Assembly: GCA_038064495.1 (NCBI GenBank)
Contig: JBBTSZ010000002.1
Coordinates: forward strand, 280,934-344,933
Source of the DNA: Patescibacteria group bacterium
GTDB lineage: Bacteria; Patescibacteriota; Minisyncoccia; Phycocordibacterales; Phycocordibacteraceae
Direction: 5' to 3'
Length of the DNA: 64,000 bases
The position numbers and the translations under genes were made by a program. Positions 61,969 to 64,000 of the stretch are shown here, one piece after another. A model generated the notes under the pieces. The model did not search any database. It was not told the DNA's origin and was given only the letters and a program-made list of their open reading frames with translations. Every line of letters starts with the position of its first letter. Position 1 is the stretch's first letter.

Positions 61969-64000
61969 ATGGCCAAGGAAACGTTTGACCATAGTGATAT
62001 AGAAAAAAAGACCCAAGAAAAATGGGAGGCGCTTTCCCTCTACACCACTGACCTTACGGATACGGAAAAAGAGAAGTACTATCTTCTCTTTGAATTTCCG
62101 TATCCTTCCGGTGACCTTCACATCGGTCATTGGTATGCGTTTGCACTCACTGACATCTTTGCACGTAAAAAGCGTATGGAAGGGAAGAACGTCCTCTTCC
62201 CTATTGGATTTGATGCGTTTGGCCTTCCTGCTGAAAACGCCGCTATAAAGAATGGAGTGAATCCAAAGGACTGGACCGAGCAGAATATGGAAACGATGCG
62301 TGCACAGATTCGTACCATGGGTACGTCCGTGGACTGGTCTAAGGAGGTAGTGTCGTGTGACCCTGAGTACTACAAATGGACCCAGTGGCTTTTCACGAAA
62401 CTCTACGAACACAAACTCGCAGAGCGTAAAACAGCTCCGGTGAAGTGGTGCCCGAAAGACCAGACCGTACTTGCCAACGAACAGGTGATAGACGGCCGCT
62501 GCGAACGCTGCGGAAGTGAAGTAGAGGAAAAGAATCTTACCCAGTGGTTTCTCAAAATTACTGCGTACGCAGAAAGACTACTCGCCGACCTTGAACCCTT
62601 ACCGTGGCGAGAAGAAATTAAAGAAGCCCAGCGTGCTTGGATAGGTGAGTCTGAAGGTGCACACCTTACCTTTACGGCACACACGGGCGAGGCGGATGTC
62701 CTGCACCCTATTGAGGTATTCACGACGCGTCCTGACACGGTGTTTGGTGCGACCTATCTTGTGCTTGCTCCTGAGCATCCAAGTATTGATGTCTTGATTC
62801 AAGACGCTCTGAACGCGGACCTGGTTCGTGCCTATCAAAAAGAAACCGGTAAGAAAACGGAGCGCGAGCGTAGTGAAAACAAAGCAAAGACAGGTGTAGT
62901 ACTTGAGGGTATTACCGCAACTAATCCGGCTACCAAGGAAGAAGTCCCGGTATATATTGCAGACTATGTATTAAATAGCTACGGCACGGGTGCCGTGATG
63001 GCCGTACCGGCTCACGACGAGCGAGATTTTGAGTTTGCACAAAGATATGCGTTACCTGTTGTGCAGGTAATCGAACCTTCTTTTGTGGATGGAAAAAATC
63101 CTCATGTAGAAGGTAAAGAAGTAACTGATAGAAACGGCGTAATTGGTATTGTCCGAAATAAAAAAAACAATACGTACTTGTGTCTCGCTTGGAAACATGC
63201 AGATTGGACAACCTTCGTCACAGGAGGTATCGAAGAGGGTGAAGACGCACTTGAGGCTGCCAAACGAGAGATACTCGAGGAAACAGGGTATGGGGGTCTG
63301 GAATTTGTTGCCACCCTCGGAAATACACGCTCTGAGTTCTTTGCTTCACACAAAGAGGTGAATCGAATTGGACATACTACATCTTTTCTATTTGATCTTG
63401 TAAGTGATACGCAATCTGAAACTACGAGTGAGGAGAAGGCAAAACATGACGTACTTTGGCTTACAGAACAAGAAATGCATGCACGAGGAATGCGACACGC
63501 AGAATTCGACTATCTCTGGAAAAGAGTTACGGAAGGACTTCAAGCCTATACAGGTGACGGATACCTACTGAACTCGGAACAGTTTTCTGGGCGCGATAAT
63601 CGCGAAGTACTTGAAGAGATGGTTACGTATGCCGGCGGTGAATTCGTAAAGAACTACCGTCTGCGGGACTGGCTCGTCTCACGTCAGCGTTACTGGGGTT
63701 GTCCGATTCCGGTGGTCTACGACCCGGACGGTGAACCACATCTCGTTCCAGCAGATCACCTGCCGTGGCTTTTACCTGAGGACGTAGACCTTACGCCCGG
63801 CGCGCGTGGTGAGGGAACTTCGCCCCTTGCAACCTCCAAAGAGCTTAAGGAGCGTGTCACCCGCATCTTTGGTGAAGGCTGGACACCGGAATATGACACC
63901 TTAGACACCTTCGTAGATTCTTCATGGTATTTCCTCAGATACCTGACGCCTCGTGATGACCACACTTTTTCAGATCAGGGTCTTATGAAGAGTTGGCTTC
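61969..64000 (+). CDS. leuS: Leucine--tRNA ligase with Nudix insertion (3' partial)
   Basis: Manual translation from ATG 61969: FPYPSGDLHIGHW, GFDAFGLPAENAA, FTTRPDT, LRDWLVSRQRYWG, DTLDTFVDSSWY. Confidence 0.95.
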   Translation, partial: MAKETFDHSDIEKKTQEKWEALSLYTTDLTDTEKEKYYLLFEFPYPSGDLHIGHWYAFALTDIFARKKRMEGKNVLFPIGFDAFGLPAENAAIKNGVNPKDWTEQNMETMRAQIRTMGTSVDWSKEVVSCDPEYYKWTQWLFTKLYEHKLAERKTAPVKWCPKDQTVLANEQVIDGRCERCGSEVEEKNLTQWFLKITAYAERLLADLEPLPWREEIKEAQRAWIGESEGAHLTFTAHTGEADVLHPIEVFTTRPDTVFGATYLVLAPEHPSIDVLIQDALNADLVRAYQKETGKKTERERSENKAKTGVVLEGITATNPATKEEVPVYIADYVLNSYGTGAVMAVPAHDERDFEFAQRYALPVVQVIEPSFVDGKNPHVEGKEVTDRNGVIGIVRNKKNNTYLCLAWKHADWTTFVTGGIEEGEDALEAAKREILEETGYGGLEFVATLGNTRSEFFASHKEVNRIGHTTSFLFDLVSDTQSETTSEEKAKHDVLWLTEQEMHARGMRHAEFDYLWKRVTEGLQAYTGDGYLLNSEQFSGRDNREVLEEMVTYAGGEFVKNYRLRDWLVSRQRYWGCPIPVVYDPDGEPHLVPADHLPWLLPEDVDLTPGARGEGTSPLATSKELKERVTRIFGEGWTPEYDTLDTFVDSSWYFLRYLTPRDDHTFSDQGLMKSWL

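Overview
This is a gene-dense chromosomal segment in the standard genetic code, most consistent with a Patescibacteria/CPR (Parcubacteria-like) bacterium. The assignment is inferred from the VirD4-like coupling protein, DUF5667/DUF5671 proteins, a minimal F-type ATP synthase, a Nudix-inserted LeuRS and tRNAs without encoded CCA. Core genes are uvrB/uvrA/uvrC, tgt, ddl, mltG, atpBEFHAGDC, ychF, leuS (partial), an ECF sigma/anti-sigma pair, a FecR + CHASE2 cyclase pair, two two-component loci and two tRNA-Ala genes. Main observations: (1) downstream of tRNA-Ala(TGC) lies a ~195-bp fold-back element built from direct and inverted copies of that tRNA's 3' end, sitting between apparently captured genes and a KAP NTPase; (2) two expression styles coexist, with many genes carrying a -10 hexamer 6 nt before ATG (leaderless) while inserted ORFan units carry TTGACA promoters, SD sites and terminators; (3) two unassigned structured RNA candidates (57482-57610 and 31269-31570); (4) two tandem paralogue pairs duplicated with conserved hairpins. 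No CRISPR array, integrase, transposase or reverse transcriptase was recognised. All family calls come from motif recognition, not database searches.
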